The notes beneath the pieces are model-generated. The model worked only from the letters and a program-made list of their open reading frames with translations, ran no database searches and had not been told where the DNA came from. From positions 160,001 to 224,000 of the forward strand of contig CAZALK010000005.1 in the NCBI GenBank assembly GCA_964486045.1: a DNA stretch of 64,000 nt. Direction: 5' to 3'. Source of the DNA: an uncultured archaeon. Lineage in GTDB: Archaea; Asgardarchaeota; Lokiarchaeia; Sigyniarchaeales; SOKP01. Each line of letters opens with the position of its first letter. The first letter of the stretch is position 1. Positions 47,293 to 58,511 of the stretch are shown one piece after another. Both the position numbers and the translations under genes were made by a program.

Positions 47293-49992
47293 ATGAAAGA
47301 AAAAGATAATATTGGAGAAACTATGACAAAAAAAGTATTTGGTTCGGGATATTTTGGTGAATGGGTTGAGGATGAATTTGGATTGCCTGCCTATCATTAT
47401 ACTTGTGATCAAATTAATGATCCTAAAGCAATAACACCTATGAATGAAATTTGGCGTTCAAAAACAGACCATATTCATCTAGTTGGAAATGATCGCTTGG
47501 CGGGGGTGGCTTCAAACTATGGGTATATTCAAGTTCGTCAAGATGAAGGAAGTCCTAAATTTCTTAATGAATATGATCCAAAACATGGTCATTATGCGGG
47601 AGGTTTTGGTTATCTAATTGATGGTAAAAATTTCCTTAATACATTCTATCCTGGGAATGGAGATAATTTTGATAGAATATTTGGGATTGGGTATTATAGA
47701 AAAAAAGTTTCTGGTATGGGTTTAAGCGCTGATCAAATTGTTTTTGCTCCTTATGGGGATGATCCAATTTTGATATCTCAAATAACAATTACAAATAGTA
47801 GAAATAAAGCAGTTAATCTACGATGGGTTGAGTATTGGGGATGTCAGATGTATCAATTTTCACCTGACGCATATCTTGTTGCTTTACAAAGCAAGAACGT
47901 GTCTCTTACAAGAGAATATAGATATCAATTCAGTAATAAATTTATTCATGATTTTCAAATGTTAAAGGAGGATATAGGGTTTTTAGAAACAAAATATTTT
48001 AAAAATCAAAGAGAGGAAAAACAAGAGTCTACATTAAAAGCAGTAATGAAAGATATGAATCCTCCGAAAACATTTCTTGTATCACTAGATGCTAATGCGG
48101 ATGGCTTAAGTACTAAAGCATCTAGTTTTTTCGGGATAGGAGGAGTAACATCCCCAGAGAGATTAATTGAACCTTTGAACTCAATTAATAACGAAGACGG
48201 TATTGAAAATGGGATGCTATTGGAACGAAAAATCTACTTAAATCCTAATGAGAGCCAGACTATTTATTTTGCATATGGATATATTACTCCTGAATTTAAT
48301 ATTGAGACACTGATCAATAAGTATACCCAAAATTTTTCTGACCTTTGGGAAACTTCCTGTGAAAAATGGAAAGAAAATCGCATTTCATTAGAACTACCAG
48401 AGGAATCATGGGTAAATCGAGAATTATTATGGCATAACTATTATTTACGTGGATGTATGACTTATGATAGCTATTTCCAGGAGCACATTCTCTCACAAGG
48501 TCAGGTATATCAGTATATCATTGGTTTTCAAGGAGCTCTACGTGATCCGTTGCAACACGCCTTACCATTTATATATTGCGAGCCAAAAATAGTGAAAGAA
48601 ATAATAAAGTATGTATTAAAGACTACACTACCAGATGGTGAAATACCATATGGAATTGCAGGTAGTGGTATGATATTACCGGCTCCTTATAAACCATCTG
48701 ATCAACAGATGTGGCTTTTATGGTTAGTAAGTGAATATGTACTTGTAACAAGAGATATAAAATTCTTAGATGAAGAATTACCTTGTTATCCCGTTTACGG
48801 CCCAAAAGTTCAAATCAAAAAGGTAAAGGATTTTTTATTGATATGTTATGATTATTTAACTGAAAATATTGGTACTGGGGAACACTCGCTTCAACGTATA
48901 TTTAACGGTGATTGGAATGATGGTGTTATATTAGGCCATTTTCCTAAAGAGACTCACGAAGATATTATAAGAAATGGTGAAAGTGTGTTAAATGCCGCAA
49001 TGGCATCCTATACACTCAAGATTTTCGGGGAATTATTAAGATATATTGGAGATTATGATAATTCAAGAAAAGCACTGGAATATGCTGATACCCAAATGAA
49101 AGCTGTGAAAGCCCAATGGATGGGAAAATGGTTTAAACGTGCCTGGCTTACAAAAGATATTGGTTGGAAAGGAATAGATCAACTTTGGCTTGAGCCTCAA
49201 CCTTGGGCAATTATTGGAGGTGCAGCTGATATAGAACAATCAAAAATCTTAGTAAAGTCGATAGACAAGTTAGTGCGCCAACCTTCTAAAATTGGAGCTA
49301 GACTTTTAAGTAAAGGGATGGAAGCAATAGAACGAGAGTTAGGGATGAGAGTAAACGGAGGGATATGGCCATCCATAAATGGAACGTTAATCTGGGCTTT
49401 ATCCTTAATAGATAATGAAATGGCATGGGAAGAGTGGAAGAAAAATTCTCTTGCTTATCATGCTGAGAATTACCCCGAAGTTTGGTATGGAATCTGGAGT
49501 GGTCCTGATGTTTATAATTCAAGTCTTTCTGAATTTCCTGGTCAAACTCATTTTACTAAAGAATTAATTAGTTGGAAAAAGAAAAAAGATGAACCAATTT
49601 TTGATGATACTCTGGGAGTGAATTGGACGGATTTTCCGGTAATGGATCTTCATCCTCATGCTTGGCCTTTATATAATACACTACACTTTATCGGTGCAAA
49701 ATTCACGGTTGAAGGCGTAGAATTAACACCAGTTCTACCGAAAGATGAGTATGAATTTTCATCACCGATATTGGGATTAAAAAAATCTAAGCATGAATAT
49801 TCAGGTTGGTATTCACCATTAGTTGAAGGTACTTGGAAGATAACATTGAAGCTTAATCCTGTAGAAATCGGGAAAATAAGATCTTTGGAACTAAATGGCA
49901 AAAAAGAAGAATTTGTGATTGACGGTGATAAAATCATTTGGAAAGGAAGAAGTGAAATAAACAATCCTTTAAGCTGGAAAATTGATATGTAA
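47293..49992 (+). CDS. GH94-like glycoside phosphorylase / six-hairpin glycosidase
   Basis: RDPLQ, GDWNDG, GESV, NGGIWP motifs; 899 aa. Confidence 0.78.
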   Translation: MKEKDNIGETMTKKVFGSGYFGEWVEDEFGLPAYHYTCDQINDPKAITPMNEIWRSKTDHIHLVGNDRLAGVASNYGYIQVRQDEGSPKFLNEYDPKHGHYAGGFGYLIDGKNFLNTFYPGNGDNFDRIFGIGYYRKKVSGMGLSADQIVFAPYGDDPILISQITITNSRNKAVNLRWVEYWGCQMYQFSPDAYLVALQSKNVSLTREYRYQFSNKFIHDFQMLKEDIGFLETKYFKNQREEKQESTLKAVMKDMNPPKTFLVSLDANADGLSTKASSFFGIGGVTSPERLIEPLNSINNEDGIENGMLLERKIYLNPNESQTIYFAYGYITPEFNIETLINKYTQNFSDLWETSCEKWKENRISLELPEESWVNRELLWHNYYLRGCMTYDSYFQEHILSQGQVYQYIIGFQGALRDPLQHALPFIYCEPKIVKEIIKYVLKTTLPDGEIPYGIAGSGMILPAPYKPSDQQMWLLWLVSEYVLVTRDIKFLDEELPCYPVYGPKVQIKKVKDFLLICYDYLTENIGTGEHSLQRIFNGDWNDGVILGHFPKETHEDIIRNGESVLNAAMASYTLKIFGELLRYIGDYDNSRKALEYADTQMKAVKAQWMGKWFKRAWLTKDIGWKGIDQLWLEPQPWAIIGGAADIEQSKILVKSIDKLVRQPSKIGARLLSKGMEAIERELGMRVNGGIWPSINGTLIWALSLIDNEMAWEEWKKNSLAYHAENYPEVWYGIWSGPDVYNSSLSEFPGQTHFTKELISWKKKKDEPIFDDTLGVNWTDFPVMDLHPHAWPLYNTLHFIGAKFTVEGVELTPVLPKDEYEFSSPILGLKKSKHEYSGWYSPLVEGTWKITLKLNPVEIGKIRSLELNGKKEEFVIDGDKIIWKGRSEINNPLSWKIDM

Positions 49993-50224
49993 CTTAATAA
50001 ATATTATGGTATAATGATATAATGGATTCAATCTAGAAAGTTACATTTTTGCAGATTTTCTTTATTCTTAATTCTAGCTGTTTTTTACAGTATAGAACAA
50101 AATCTTATTTTATCAGTATTTTAACTCTTAATGAATTGAAATAAAGTTTTCACCAAAAACCAAAAAAAAAAAATAAATAATAAAATAAATCTATTTGAAA
50201 AAATTACTTATTCAAATTAATCTA

Positions 50225-50650
50225 TTATTCTAAGAGATCGGCACCAAGTTCTGTAGCGAGTCCTTGAATCTCTCCATAAGCAATTGCATCCTGGAGATTT
50301 CCTTCAATGACAAGATCTCCGGACATATATGCGCTGGTACCATCAACCTCTCCTGAAGTAATGCCAGCGAATGTAGCTTGTGATGCTTTCATAGTAACAG
50401 TTGCGCCATCATTTTCTCCTTCACCATAATCTACAGAACCTTCACCGAATTTAGTCCAAAATTTATAATCTATATCAGTTACCACAATTTGGACAAGAAT
50501 TGTATCAATATCTTCCAGTTCTTCTTTAAATTCCTCATTTTCAGCTGCAAGTTGTTTAGCGAATTCATAAATTTTTAAGGCATCAGAAGGTTGGCTTTGG
50601 CCTTTTTCCCTCAATGTCTTTAATTCCTTAATCAAATTTTCGTCAACCAT
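50225..50650 (-). CDS. SCP2 sterol-binding domain protein (copy 1), start at ATG 50650
   Basis: AYMSGDLVIEGNLQDA; start aligned to paralog. Confidence 0.88.
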   Translation of the reverse strand: MVDENLIKELKTLREKGQSQPSDALKIYEFAKQLAAENEEFKEELEDIDTILVQIVVTDIDYKFWTKFGEGSVDYGEGENDGATVTMKASQATFAGITSGEVDGTSAYMSGDLVIEGNLQDAIAYGEIQGLATELGADLLE

Positions 50651-51122
50651 TTTAATTATCAACCTATTTTTTTTTAAAACCAAAAAAAAATTTATAGTTA
50701 AAATATGCAATGTCATTTACTTTTAAAGTTTTATTTTAATTCTAAGATCTAGGTATAATAACAAGATTAACATTTGAGCAATTTTATAAATTATCTCATC
50801 TCAAGCAATAACCGTTGTTATAAGTCTTCCCACCCAAACTCTCATAGCACTTGATAACCCGGAGAACCAATTAAAATGGCCTATTGAGTACCAATAAAGA
50901 TCAGAATTACTCGAGCCAAAAGCTAAAACTCCGTTTGGTTAATGTGAGTTAATTTTCCACTTATCCACTAGATTATCTAATTTATGCCATTAAATTCTAA
51001 AATCGTTAAAATAACTAATCTTAAAAGATTAAATACAGAATTTCCTTAACTTTAAATATGATTTTAATAGAATAAATTAAAAAAAAAGTAAATTATAAAA
51101 TATATTTCAGTTGAGAAAATTC

Positions 51123-51548
51123 TTATTTAAGAAGATCTGCACCTAATTCCATGGCGAATGAAAGGATTTCCCCATATGCGATAGCATCCTGTAGGTTCCC
51201 TTCAATGACAAGATCTCCTGACATATATGCACTTGTAGAATCAATTTCTTGTGAACTCAATCCAGCCCAAGTTGCTTGATTTGCCTTCATAGTGACACTC
51301 GCTTCATCACTTGGTCCTTCACCGTAATTTACTGCTCCTTCACCAAATTTTACCCAAAATTTATAATCTATATCTGTTATTTCTTGCTGGACAACTATTG
51401 TATCAATATCTTCAAGTTCTTCCTTTAATTCTTCATTTTCGGCACCGAGTTGCTTAATGAATTCATACAATTTAAGAGCATCAGAGGGGTTGGTTGAAGT
51501 CTTCCCTCTCGATTCTTTTATTTCTTTTATTAAATTTGCGTCAACCAT
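51123..51548 (-). CDS. SCP2 sterol-binding domain protein (copy 2)
   Basis: Close paralog of copy 1, same length and motif. Confidence 0.88.
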   Translation of the reverse strand: MVDANLIKEIKESRGKTSTNPSDALKLYEFIKQLGAENEELKEELEDIDTIVVQQEITDIDYKFWVKFGEGAVNYGEGPSDEASVTMKANQATWAGLSSQEIDSTSAYMSGDLVIEGNLQDAIAYGEILSFAMELGADLLK

Positions 51549-51690
51549 TTTAATTATCAGTTTATTTTTTTTTAACTGTAAAAATATTTAGTTATAGAAT
51601 GCAATGTCATTTACTTTTAAAATTTTATTTTATATCAAACAAATCGGTATAATAAACAAGATTAACATATGAGTAATTCTATTAATAATC

Positions 51691-52899
51691 TCATCTCAAA
51701 CAACAATCTTTGTATTTTATTTTGCTTCCACATGGGCAAAGTGCATTACGACCAATTTTTTTTACTTTTATTTGAAATTTTGAGTCAATTTTTGAATTAT
51801 TTTTGATTTTTTCTGCTAGAACTTTAAATCGAGGCAAATTGTTAACGTAAAATTTTCTCCATCCTTTGCATAATACACTTAAAGCTTTTGAGGACTCTAT
51901 GAGATTGTACCGATGTTTTTGACAGTCTCCATGACATAAATTAATGAATGGACAAGAAAGGCACCTGTTATTGGACTTAACTTTAAGACTACCGAAGTTT
52001 TGATACATTGCTGAATTTAAGAAATCATTCCAGCCTTGCGTTCTTACATTCCCTAACAACAGGCCTTTTTGAACAAAGAAATCGCATGGATAAACGTTAC
52101 CATTATATTCTACCACGAAATATTGACAACAATTATTTCCCATATAACAAACGCTATAGGTTCCAGATACCAAAAAATTCAAGATAGAATCAAATAATCG
52201 AATTGAGACCTTGTTAATGTCTTCTTTTATCCAATGTTCAAATAATTCACAAAGAAAATCCCCCCAATCTTCTCCCGTGATAGAAAATGGTTTAAGTTTA
52301 CCATTTTCACCAAATTCAACACAAGGAATATACTGATGATAGAGAAAATCTTTTTCTTTTAAATAGTGGTATATCTCACTTGCTCTCATTACGGTTTTAT
52401 TATTAATTAGAGTAAGAATGTTAAATTCAACATTATGTTTCTTTAAGTGACTTATTCCACGTAATACTTGGGAATGAGTGGGTTTAAAACCTCTTGTTTT
52501 TCTATAAAAATCATGTAGATGTTCTGGTCCATCAAGGCTAACACCAAGAAGAAATTTATATTCAGCAAAAAATTCAGCCATTTCATTGGTAATAAGAGTT
52601 CCATTTGTCTGCAACCCATTACTTATGACCGCATTAGGAGGAGCGTATTTTGTCTGAAGTTCTACTGCTTTTTTAAAAAATTTCAAACCCATTATGGTTG
52701 GTTCTCCACCCTGCCACCCAAAAGCATAATTATTGTCTTGATTAGTCTGCATGTAGCCAGATATCATACTTTCTAATATGTCTTCTGACATTCTAGGGTG
52801 ATTTTCTACGATCTTTAAGTGATCAATATAAAAACAATATTGACATCTAAGATTACAATCAGCAGAGGCAGGTTTGATTAGTAATGAAAAGGGTGTCAT
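51691..52899 (-). CDS. Anaerobic sulfatase maturase (radical SAM/SPASM) with SEC-C tail
   Basis: CNLRCQYC, WQGGEP, SPASM Cys, GRNALCPCGSKIKYKDCC. Confidence 0.92.
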   Translation of the reverse strand: MTPFSLLIKPASADCNLRCQYCFYIDHLKIVENHPRMSEDILESMISGYMQTNQDNNYAFGWQGGEPTIMGLKFFKKAVELQTKYAPPNAVISNGLQTNGTLITNEMAEFFAEYKFLLGVSLDGPEHLHDFYRKTRGFKPTHSQVLRGISHLKKHNVEFNILTLINNKTVMRASEIYHYLKEKDFLYHQYIPCVEFGENGKLKPFSITGEDWGDFLCELFEHWIKEDINKVSIRLFDSILNFLVSGTYSVCYMGNNCCQYFVVEYNGNVYPCDFFVQKGLLLGNVRTQGWNDFLNSAMYQNFGSLKVKSNNRCLSCPFINLCHGDCQKHRYNLIESSKALSVLCKGWRKFYVNNLPRFKVLAEKIKNNSKIDSKFQIKVKKIGRNALCPCGSKIKYKDCCLR

Positions 52900-52939
52900 T
52901 TTAATAATAATTTATTTTCATCATCATAACTATAAACAC

Positions 52940-54712
52940 TCATTTTGCTTTTCTTTTAACTAATTCCGGAAGATTTCTAAAATATCCTTGAAATCTTTTT
53001 GGAATATATTGATTAAAAGATTCGGCAATGAACTTTTCATCTATTTTAAAAATTTTCTTGCTTTTTATTATTCTTTCTACTTCTAGAACCCATGAATCTC
53101 GTATTGGTAAAGGAATATAATTTAAACAGAGATAAAACATACTTTTTCCCTTATTTTTCCATATTATTTCGGTTTCACCAATTATATCATTTATATCTGC
53201 TCGATCTTCCCTCAATAAACAGTGCTTACTTAATATTTGATTGTCAATGGGTATTCCTAGACGTTCATATTGCTCAATTGGAGCATCATTTTTTTTCATT
53301 TCTTTAATCATTAACTTTATCATCCTTTTCTCAATTTCGGGATCAAAGATTGGATGTTCTTGATTCGGATCGTTTTGTAGGTCAAATAGGAAACTACCAT
53401 ATATAAATGGGTTTATCCAAGCTCTTGAGTTAAATCGCATTGTCTTACATCCTTTTGTAAAATCAAAAGGATCAGCCAAATTAACGGTTTTTATTTGATT
53501 AAGAGATAAAAATCCACGCATTACTGTTGGTATGAGAGTGTAATTATAAAGGGGTTTGTTCATCGGATTTACAGGACTTCTCATATATACGTATCGTCCG
53601 TCTGTTATATTTACATGAGCACCATGTACACCAAAGAGTGCTGTGTCCCTCACTTTGACATCTGTATCAACTGTTTCTTTTAAAATATTACCTTGCATAT
53701 CTTTTGGACGTTTAACATTAAAAAATTCTAGTATAGTCGGTGCAAAGTCAGTCGTTTGTACGAGAGCATTTCGATTTTCATTCCGTTTTCCTGATCTTGG
53801 ATCCCATATAAATAACGGTATCTGGGCAATTTCATTATAAACGGGTTGTATCATTTTTCCCCACCAATCTTTTTCACTTAATAGAAATCCATGATCGGTT
53901 GAAACAATCAGCAAGGTGTCCTTCCACATATTATTTTTATCCATGAAATCTAATATTTTGCCAAGGTAATTATCACACATGCTCACAGAAGCAGCATATT
54001 GTTTTCGACAGTGTTCTATTTCTTCAGGAGATTCAGTTACTACTGAATAATTCGGCCAATCAAAATGAGGTCCATCATAATCATCTCTATATAAATCTTT
54101 ATATTTTTGCGGTACAAAAAAGGGTTCATGAGGATCAAACGTTTCCAAGTGTAAGAACCAGTTATCTTCCATATGATTTTTTTCAAGAAACTCTAATCCT
54201 AATCTAAAAGTTTTTGCTTGAGGCATGTCTTCTTCTTTTTGCATATATTTTCTATTAACCCAATCTTGGCGCCAATGTTCATTACCCGTTCGCATATTCC
54301 TAATATGTTTAGGTATTTCTGGATCTTTTACTTCACCTTTCCAAGCATCTCCCTCATGTCCGCGAACAATCTCCCATGAAGTATACCTATTATGGTAAGT
54401 TCCACCTCCATCTTCCCAGTAGTGATAATGATCACTAACAAGATGAGAATAAACCCCATTTCTTTTTAAAATTTCAGGCATAGAATCATCAAATGGTTCC
54501 AAGGATCCCCAACTTCTGTGTAGAAAATTATATCTCCCTGTGTGTAATTCCCGTCTTGCAGGCATACACGGAAGACTTCCAACATAATGGTTATCAAAAA
54601 ATACAGTTTTTTCCGCAAGTCTTTTAAAATTTGGAGCATGAACCCAATCATATTCTAAAAACCTTTTATTCAGAGTATCAAAAAGAATCAGAATTGCCTT
54701 CATTTTTTCCAC
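52940..54712 (-). CDS. Cys-type sulfatase
   Basis: CMPAR (CxPxR), FDPHEP, TDHG. Confidence 0.9.
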   Translation of the reverse strand: MEKMKAILILFDTLNKRFLEYDWVHAPNFKRLAEKTVFFDNHYVGSLPCMPARRELHTGRYNFLHRSWGSLEPFDDSMPEILKRNGVYSHLVSDHYHYWEDGGGTYHNRYTSWEIVRGHEGDAWKGEVKDPEIPKHIRNMRTGNEHWRQDWVNRKYMQKEEDMPQAKTFRLGLEFLEKNHMEDNWFLHLETFDPHEPFFVPQKYKDLYRDDYDGPHFDWPNYSVVTESPEEIEHCRKQYAASVSMCDNYLGKILDFMDKNNMWKDTLLIVSTDHGFLLSEKDWWGKMIQPVYNEIAQIPLFIWDPRSGKRNENRNALVQTTDFAPTILEFFNVKRPKDMQGNILKETVDTDVKVRDTALFGVHGAHVNITDGRYVYMRSPVNPMNKPLYNYTLIPTVMRGFLSLNQIKTVNLADPFDFTKGCKTMRFNSRAWINPFIYGSFLFDLQNDPNQEHPIFDPEIEKRMIKLMIKEMKKNDAPIEQYERLGIPIDNQILSKHCLLREDRADINDIIGETEIIWKNKGKSMFYLCLNYIPLPIRDSWVLEVERIIKSKKIFKIDEKFIAESFNQYIPKRFQGYFRNLPELVKRKAK

Positions 54713-54761
54713 TAAAATTATTTATATTGAAGAACTTTTAATTAAATTTATTTAATCTCTA

Positions 54762-55571
54762 TTGGTAATTATAGTTATCTGTAGTATAGATAAATTTTTG
54801 ATGACCTTAATGTTTTCACATGGTATTGTTAGAGCCCCTTCAAAAAATTTTCATGATGGTTTAACTACTTCTAATTTAGGAAAACCATATTATACTAAAG
54901 CAATTAAGCAGCATTCGAATTATGTCAATGCATTAAAAAAATGCGGAATAGATATAATAACATTAAAAGCTGATGAAAGATTTCCAGATTCAACATTTGT
55001 GGAAGATGCTGCTGTTGTCAATGAAGATATAGCAGTTATAACTAACCTAGGGGCACCAAGCAGGAGAGGAGAAGAAGGAGATGTAAAAAACGTTTTAGAG
55101 AACTATTACAACAATGTAGAGTCAATTGAAAATCCTGGGACATTAGAAGGCGGAGATGTCTTAAGAATAGAGAATGAATATTTTATTGGGCTATCGTCGA
55201 GAACAAATAAGGAAGGCGCGAAACAATTTGAAAATATATTAAAAAAGTACGGATACTCATGTATGTTAATCCCATTAACAAAATTTCTTCATCTCAAAAC
55301 AGGAGTGGCTTATATTGGGGACAATAATTTGATTGTATCAGGAGAATTAAGTGGTAATCCTATTTTCAATGATTACAATCTCATAAAAGTTGAAGAAGAA
55401 GAAAAATATGCTTCTAACTGTATAAGAGTCAATAATTATGTGCTAATTGCTGAAGGATTTAAAAAGTTTAAAGATACTATTATGAGTTTAGGATACAAAA
55501 CCCTTGAAATAGATATGTCAGAATTTAAAAAGATGGATGGTGGGCTTTCATGTCTATCATTAAGATTTTAA
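54762..55571 (+). CDS. Dimethylargininase/amidinotransferase family; real start probably ATG near 54800-54810
   Basis: FPDSTFVED, LEGGDV, LHLKT, DGGLSCLS. Confidence 0.9.
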   Translation: MVIIVICSIDKFLMTLMFSHGIVRAPSKNFHDGLTTSNLGKPYYTKAIKQHSNYVNALKKCGIDIITLKADERFPDSTFVEDAAVVNEDIAVITNLGAPSRRGEEGDVKNVLENYYNNVESIENPGTLEGGDVLRIENEYFIGLSSRTNKEGAKQFENILKKYGYSCMLIPLTKFLHLKTGVAYIGDNNLIVSGELSGNPIFNDYNLIKVEEEEKYASNCIRVNNYVLIAEGFKKFKDTIMSLGYKTLEIDMSEFKKMDGGLSCLSLRF

Positions 55572-55637
55572 GTTTGATTTCTATCAAAATAAAAGAACTG
55601 AAAGTGTTGATTAGGAATAGAATTCAATAATAAAGAA

Positions 55638-57161
55638 TTGGGAGTTGTTCTTACACCTCCAAAAACAGCAGAATATATTATATCCCGATTAGGACAAATC
55701 AAAGAAGAACAGAAGATTTTGGATCCATGTGTAGGTCCTGGAATGTTTGTAACAAAATTACTAGAATCAGGTATTGATAACAGTCAAATTTATTCCTTCG
55801 ATATTAATAATAATTATAAATTTGAAATTGAGAAGCTTGGAATTTCCTTTAAAAAGCAAGACACACTTTTAACTTTATATCCTGATTCTTATAATGAATT
55901 TGATATTATTCTAGGCAATCCACCATACCTAAATAAAGCAAGTGCATACGTAAAAAAAAATAAAACTAAGCTAAGAAATATTTATGGAAAAATAAATTCT
56001 CATGAAACTTATTCAATGTTTATAGTAAATAGCATTTGGAGATTAAAAGAGGGGGGAAAATTAGGATTTATAACCAGTGATTCATTTTTAACTCTAAGCA
56101 CCCATAAAAAGCTAAGGAGATTTATCCTTAATAACTGCCTCATTAATGAAATTCTTCTTGCACCTAAGGGATTGTTTTCAAATCAAAAAGTAAGCACAAG
56201 TCCTGTTATTTTGATTTTAACGAAATATACAGGTCATAAGAATAAAATAACTAGAGAAAATAATATAATGAGAATTATTCCTCGTGTAAATAGTGAAGAT
56301 GATTATAAATCACCGAAAGAGATTAATGAATTAAAGCAAGTGAGATATAGATCTTTCCCATTTAACATATTTTATATCGATGTTGAAAAAGAAGTTATAG
56401 AATTATTTGAAAAATCCCCTAAGTTAGAAGAATTTGTTAAGGGATTTATTGGAATGCATACCCATAATAATAGAAAATATATTGGTGCTGTTGAAGGTAC
56501 AGATTTGGCAGAGATTTTTACCAAGCGAAATAAGAGCATACATAATCTAGATAATAAATATAAGATCGTTAAAAATAAGGATTTAGAGGCTCATAAGTGG
56601 AAATCTTATTTAAAGCGAGGTGGTGCGGATCTGTATTATAGACCAATAATGGAAGCCTTAGATTGGAGTGAAAAGTCAATAGAAGTGTATGATATTCCAA
56701 AAAGCGTTCCTTTTGAAGAAGAAGGATTGGTAATAAGTGGAGTTAGTTCTAGATTAGCAGCGCGTTATATGCCAAGAGAATGTTATTGGGATTCTAATAA
56801 AGCAATTGGATTTATAATTATCAAAAAATCTGTTTCTATTTATTATGTATTGGGTTTATTGAATAGTTCTTTATACAACTACCTAGCTAAGGGGATTATT
56901 AATAATACGTTTAGTATACAAATTTCAGGAATCCATGCTTTGCCATTTATTACCCCCGATAAAGAAACTAAGGAAATAATTGAACTTCAAGTTGATAAAA
57001 TAATTAAAAATAAACGAAATAACCTTCAATTTGATTTCCATAAAGAGCAAAGGGTAATTGATGATACAATTTTCAATCTTTATGCCAAAAAATTCAATTT
57101 TTCCATGAAACTTAAAAAAAAACTAGATGAAAAGTTTTCTACATATAGAAAAGAGATTTAA
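55638..57161 (+). CDS. Eco57I/TaqI-like N6-adenine DNA methyltransferase, orphan
   Basis: TPP, LDPCVGPG, GNPPY, LKEGGKLGFI, LGLLNS C-terminal TRD. Confidence 0.85.
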   Translation: MGVVLTPPKTAEYIISRLGQIKEEQKILDPCVGPGMFVTKLLESGIDNSQIYSFDINNNYKFEIEKLGISFKKQDTLLTLYPDSYNEFDIILGNPPYLNKASAYVKKNKTKLRNIYGKINSHETYSMFIVNSIWRLKEGGKLGFITSDSFLTLSTHKKLRRFILNNCLINEILLAPKGLFSNQKVSTSPVILILTKYTGHKNKITRENNIMRIIPRVNSEDDYKSPKEINELKQVRYRSFPFNIFYIDVEKEVIELFEKSPKLEEFVKGFIGMHTHNNRKYIGAVEGTDLAEIFTKRNKSIHNLDNKYKIVKNKDLEAHKWKSYLKRGGADLYYRPIMEALDWSEKSIEVYDIPKSVPFEEEGLVISGVSSRLAARYMPRECYWDSNKAIGFIIIKKSVSIYYVLGLLNSSLYNYLAKGIINNTFSIQISGIHALPFITPDKETKEIIELQVDKIIKNKRNNLQFDFHKEQRVIDDTIFNLYAKKFNFSMKLKKKLDEKFSTYRKEI

Positions 57162-57315
57162 AAATTTATATTCAATTTTCACTCAAATTTAATTGGTTTT
57201 TATCAGAGGATAAATTAGTACTTTTATCGTATTTAAGACTAGAAAATGAATTATTAACAAAATTGAAAAGCATTATACCAAAAGAAATAATAAAAACATA
57301 ACAAAATGATGTTAT

Positions 57316-58350
57316 ATGGTTATTGAGACAAACATAACTAAAATGTTTGGGATTAAACATCCTATAATTGGAGCTCCAATGGGCCCTTTTTATACTACTG
57401 ATTTAACTATTGCAGTTTCAGAAGCCGGTGGTTTAGGGGTATTAAGCCATACTAACTTATTTGGAGGGAGTCCAATCGAGGAAATGAAAAATCATATGTT
57501 AAAAGTGGTAGAACATACCGATAAACCATTTGGTTTCAATGTTAGGACAGCCCGGATGCAACCAGACGCACCTACTCTTTGTAGAAAAATACCGAAATTT
57601 ATAATGGATAATCCTAAAATAAAGGAACAATGTAAATATGTAATTACAAGCGCAGGTTCACCTAAAATGATGAAATCAAGAAGTTTCCAGAGATTAAAGG
57701 AGAGTGGTTCGGATATTAAGCATTTTCATGTCGCTCCAGCATTATGGCTTGCAGATAAATGTATGGCAGCTGAAGTTGATGGGATGGTAATAACTGGAAG
57801 CGAAGGAGGTGGTCATCAATCATATGAAAAGGTTAGCACGTTAGTTTTACTTCAACAAGTAGTAGAGAAATACCCAGATGTTCCTATTATTGCTTGTGGA
57901 GGATTCGCTACTGGTCAAGGACTAGCCGCAGCTTTGGCTATGGGCGCTGGAGCAGTAGCAATGGGTTCGAGATTTATCGCATCAAAAGAAAGTGAATTTC
58001 ACGAAAATTATAAAAATATCGTCCCTCCTGCTAAAGCTCAAGATACTGTTCTAGTAACTGGATTTTTCGGACCTATTAGATTGTGGAAAAATAAATATGC
58101 TTCATCTCATGGCCTAGTTGCTAGTAAAGAGGAAAAAATCGCAATAGAGGTCGCTTTAACTGCTGATGAAATGATGAATCAACTAAAAAAAGGTGAACTT
58201 GCTTATGAAGGAAATATTGAAGATGGTAGTATTCTATTAGGTCAGAGTATAGGAATTATTAACAAAATTGAAAGTGTAAAAGATATTATCAATACGATTG
58301 TCTCAAATGCAGAGGATTCTCTAAAAGGCGCTTGTACCCAAATTAAATAA
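57316..58350 (+). CDS. Nitronate monooxygenase/FabK-like flavin oxidoreductase
   Basis: HPIIGAPM, AVSEAGGLG, EGGGH, MGSRF, GQS. Confidence 0.88.
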   Translation: MVIETNITKMFGIKHPIIGAPMGPFYTTDLTIAVSEAGGLGVLSHTNLFGGSPIEEMKNHMLKVVEHTDKPFGFNVRTARMQPDAPTLCRKIPKFIMDNPKIKEQCKYVITSAGSPKMMKSRSFQRLKESGSDIKHFHVAPALWLADKCMAAEVDGMVITGSEGGGHQSYEKVSTLVLLQQVVEKYPDVPIIACGGFATGQGLAAALAMGAGAVAMGSRFIASKESEFHENYKNIVPPAKAQDTVLVTGFFGPIRLWKNKYASSHGLVASKEEKIAIEVALTADEMMNQLKKGELAYEGNIEDGSILLGQSIGIINKIESVKDIINTIVSNAEDSLKGACTQIK

Positions 58351-58511
58351 CAAAATTTTAAAAAACTTCTCGCTGATCAATGAATTTTTTTAATTTTTCC
58401 TTTTTCTTATCTTGAAATTATTTGAAAAAGTTTGAAAATTCAATATGCCCCTACGATTTATAAATTAAACACCAAGAGATAGAATTAAAAACTATCCATA
58501 AAAATTGTGAA

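Larger units (their letters stand above)
50225..51706. repeat. Diverged tandem duplication (about 50225-50810 vs 51123-51706) of SCP2 gene, promoter and 3' end of upstream gene
   Basis: Shared blocks GCAATGTCATTTACTTTTAAA, GGTATAATAA(A)CAAGATTAACAT, ATCTCATCTCAA. Confidence 0.8.

Noticed and set aside
50651-50716. N-terminal extension of SCP2 copy 1
   Set aside because: It corresponds to non-coding promoter sequence in copy 2
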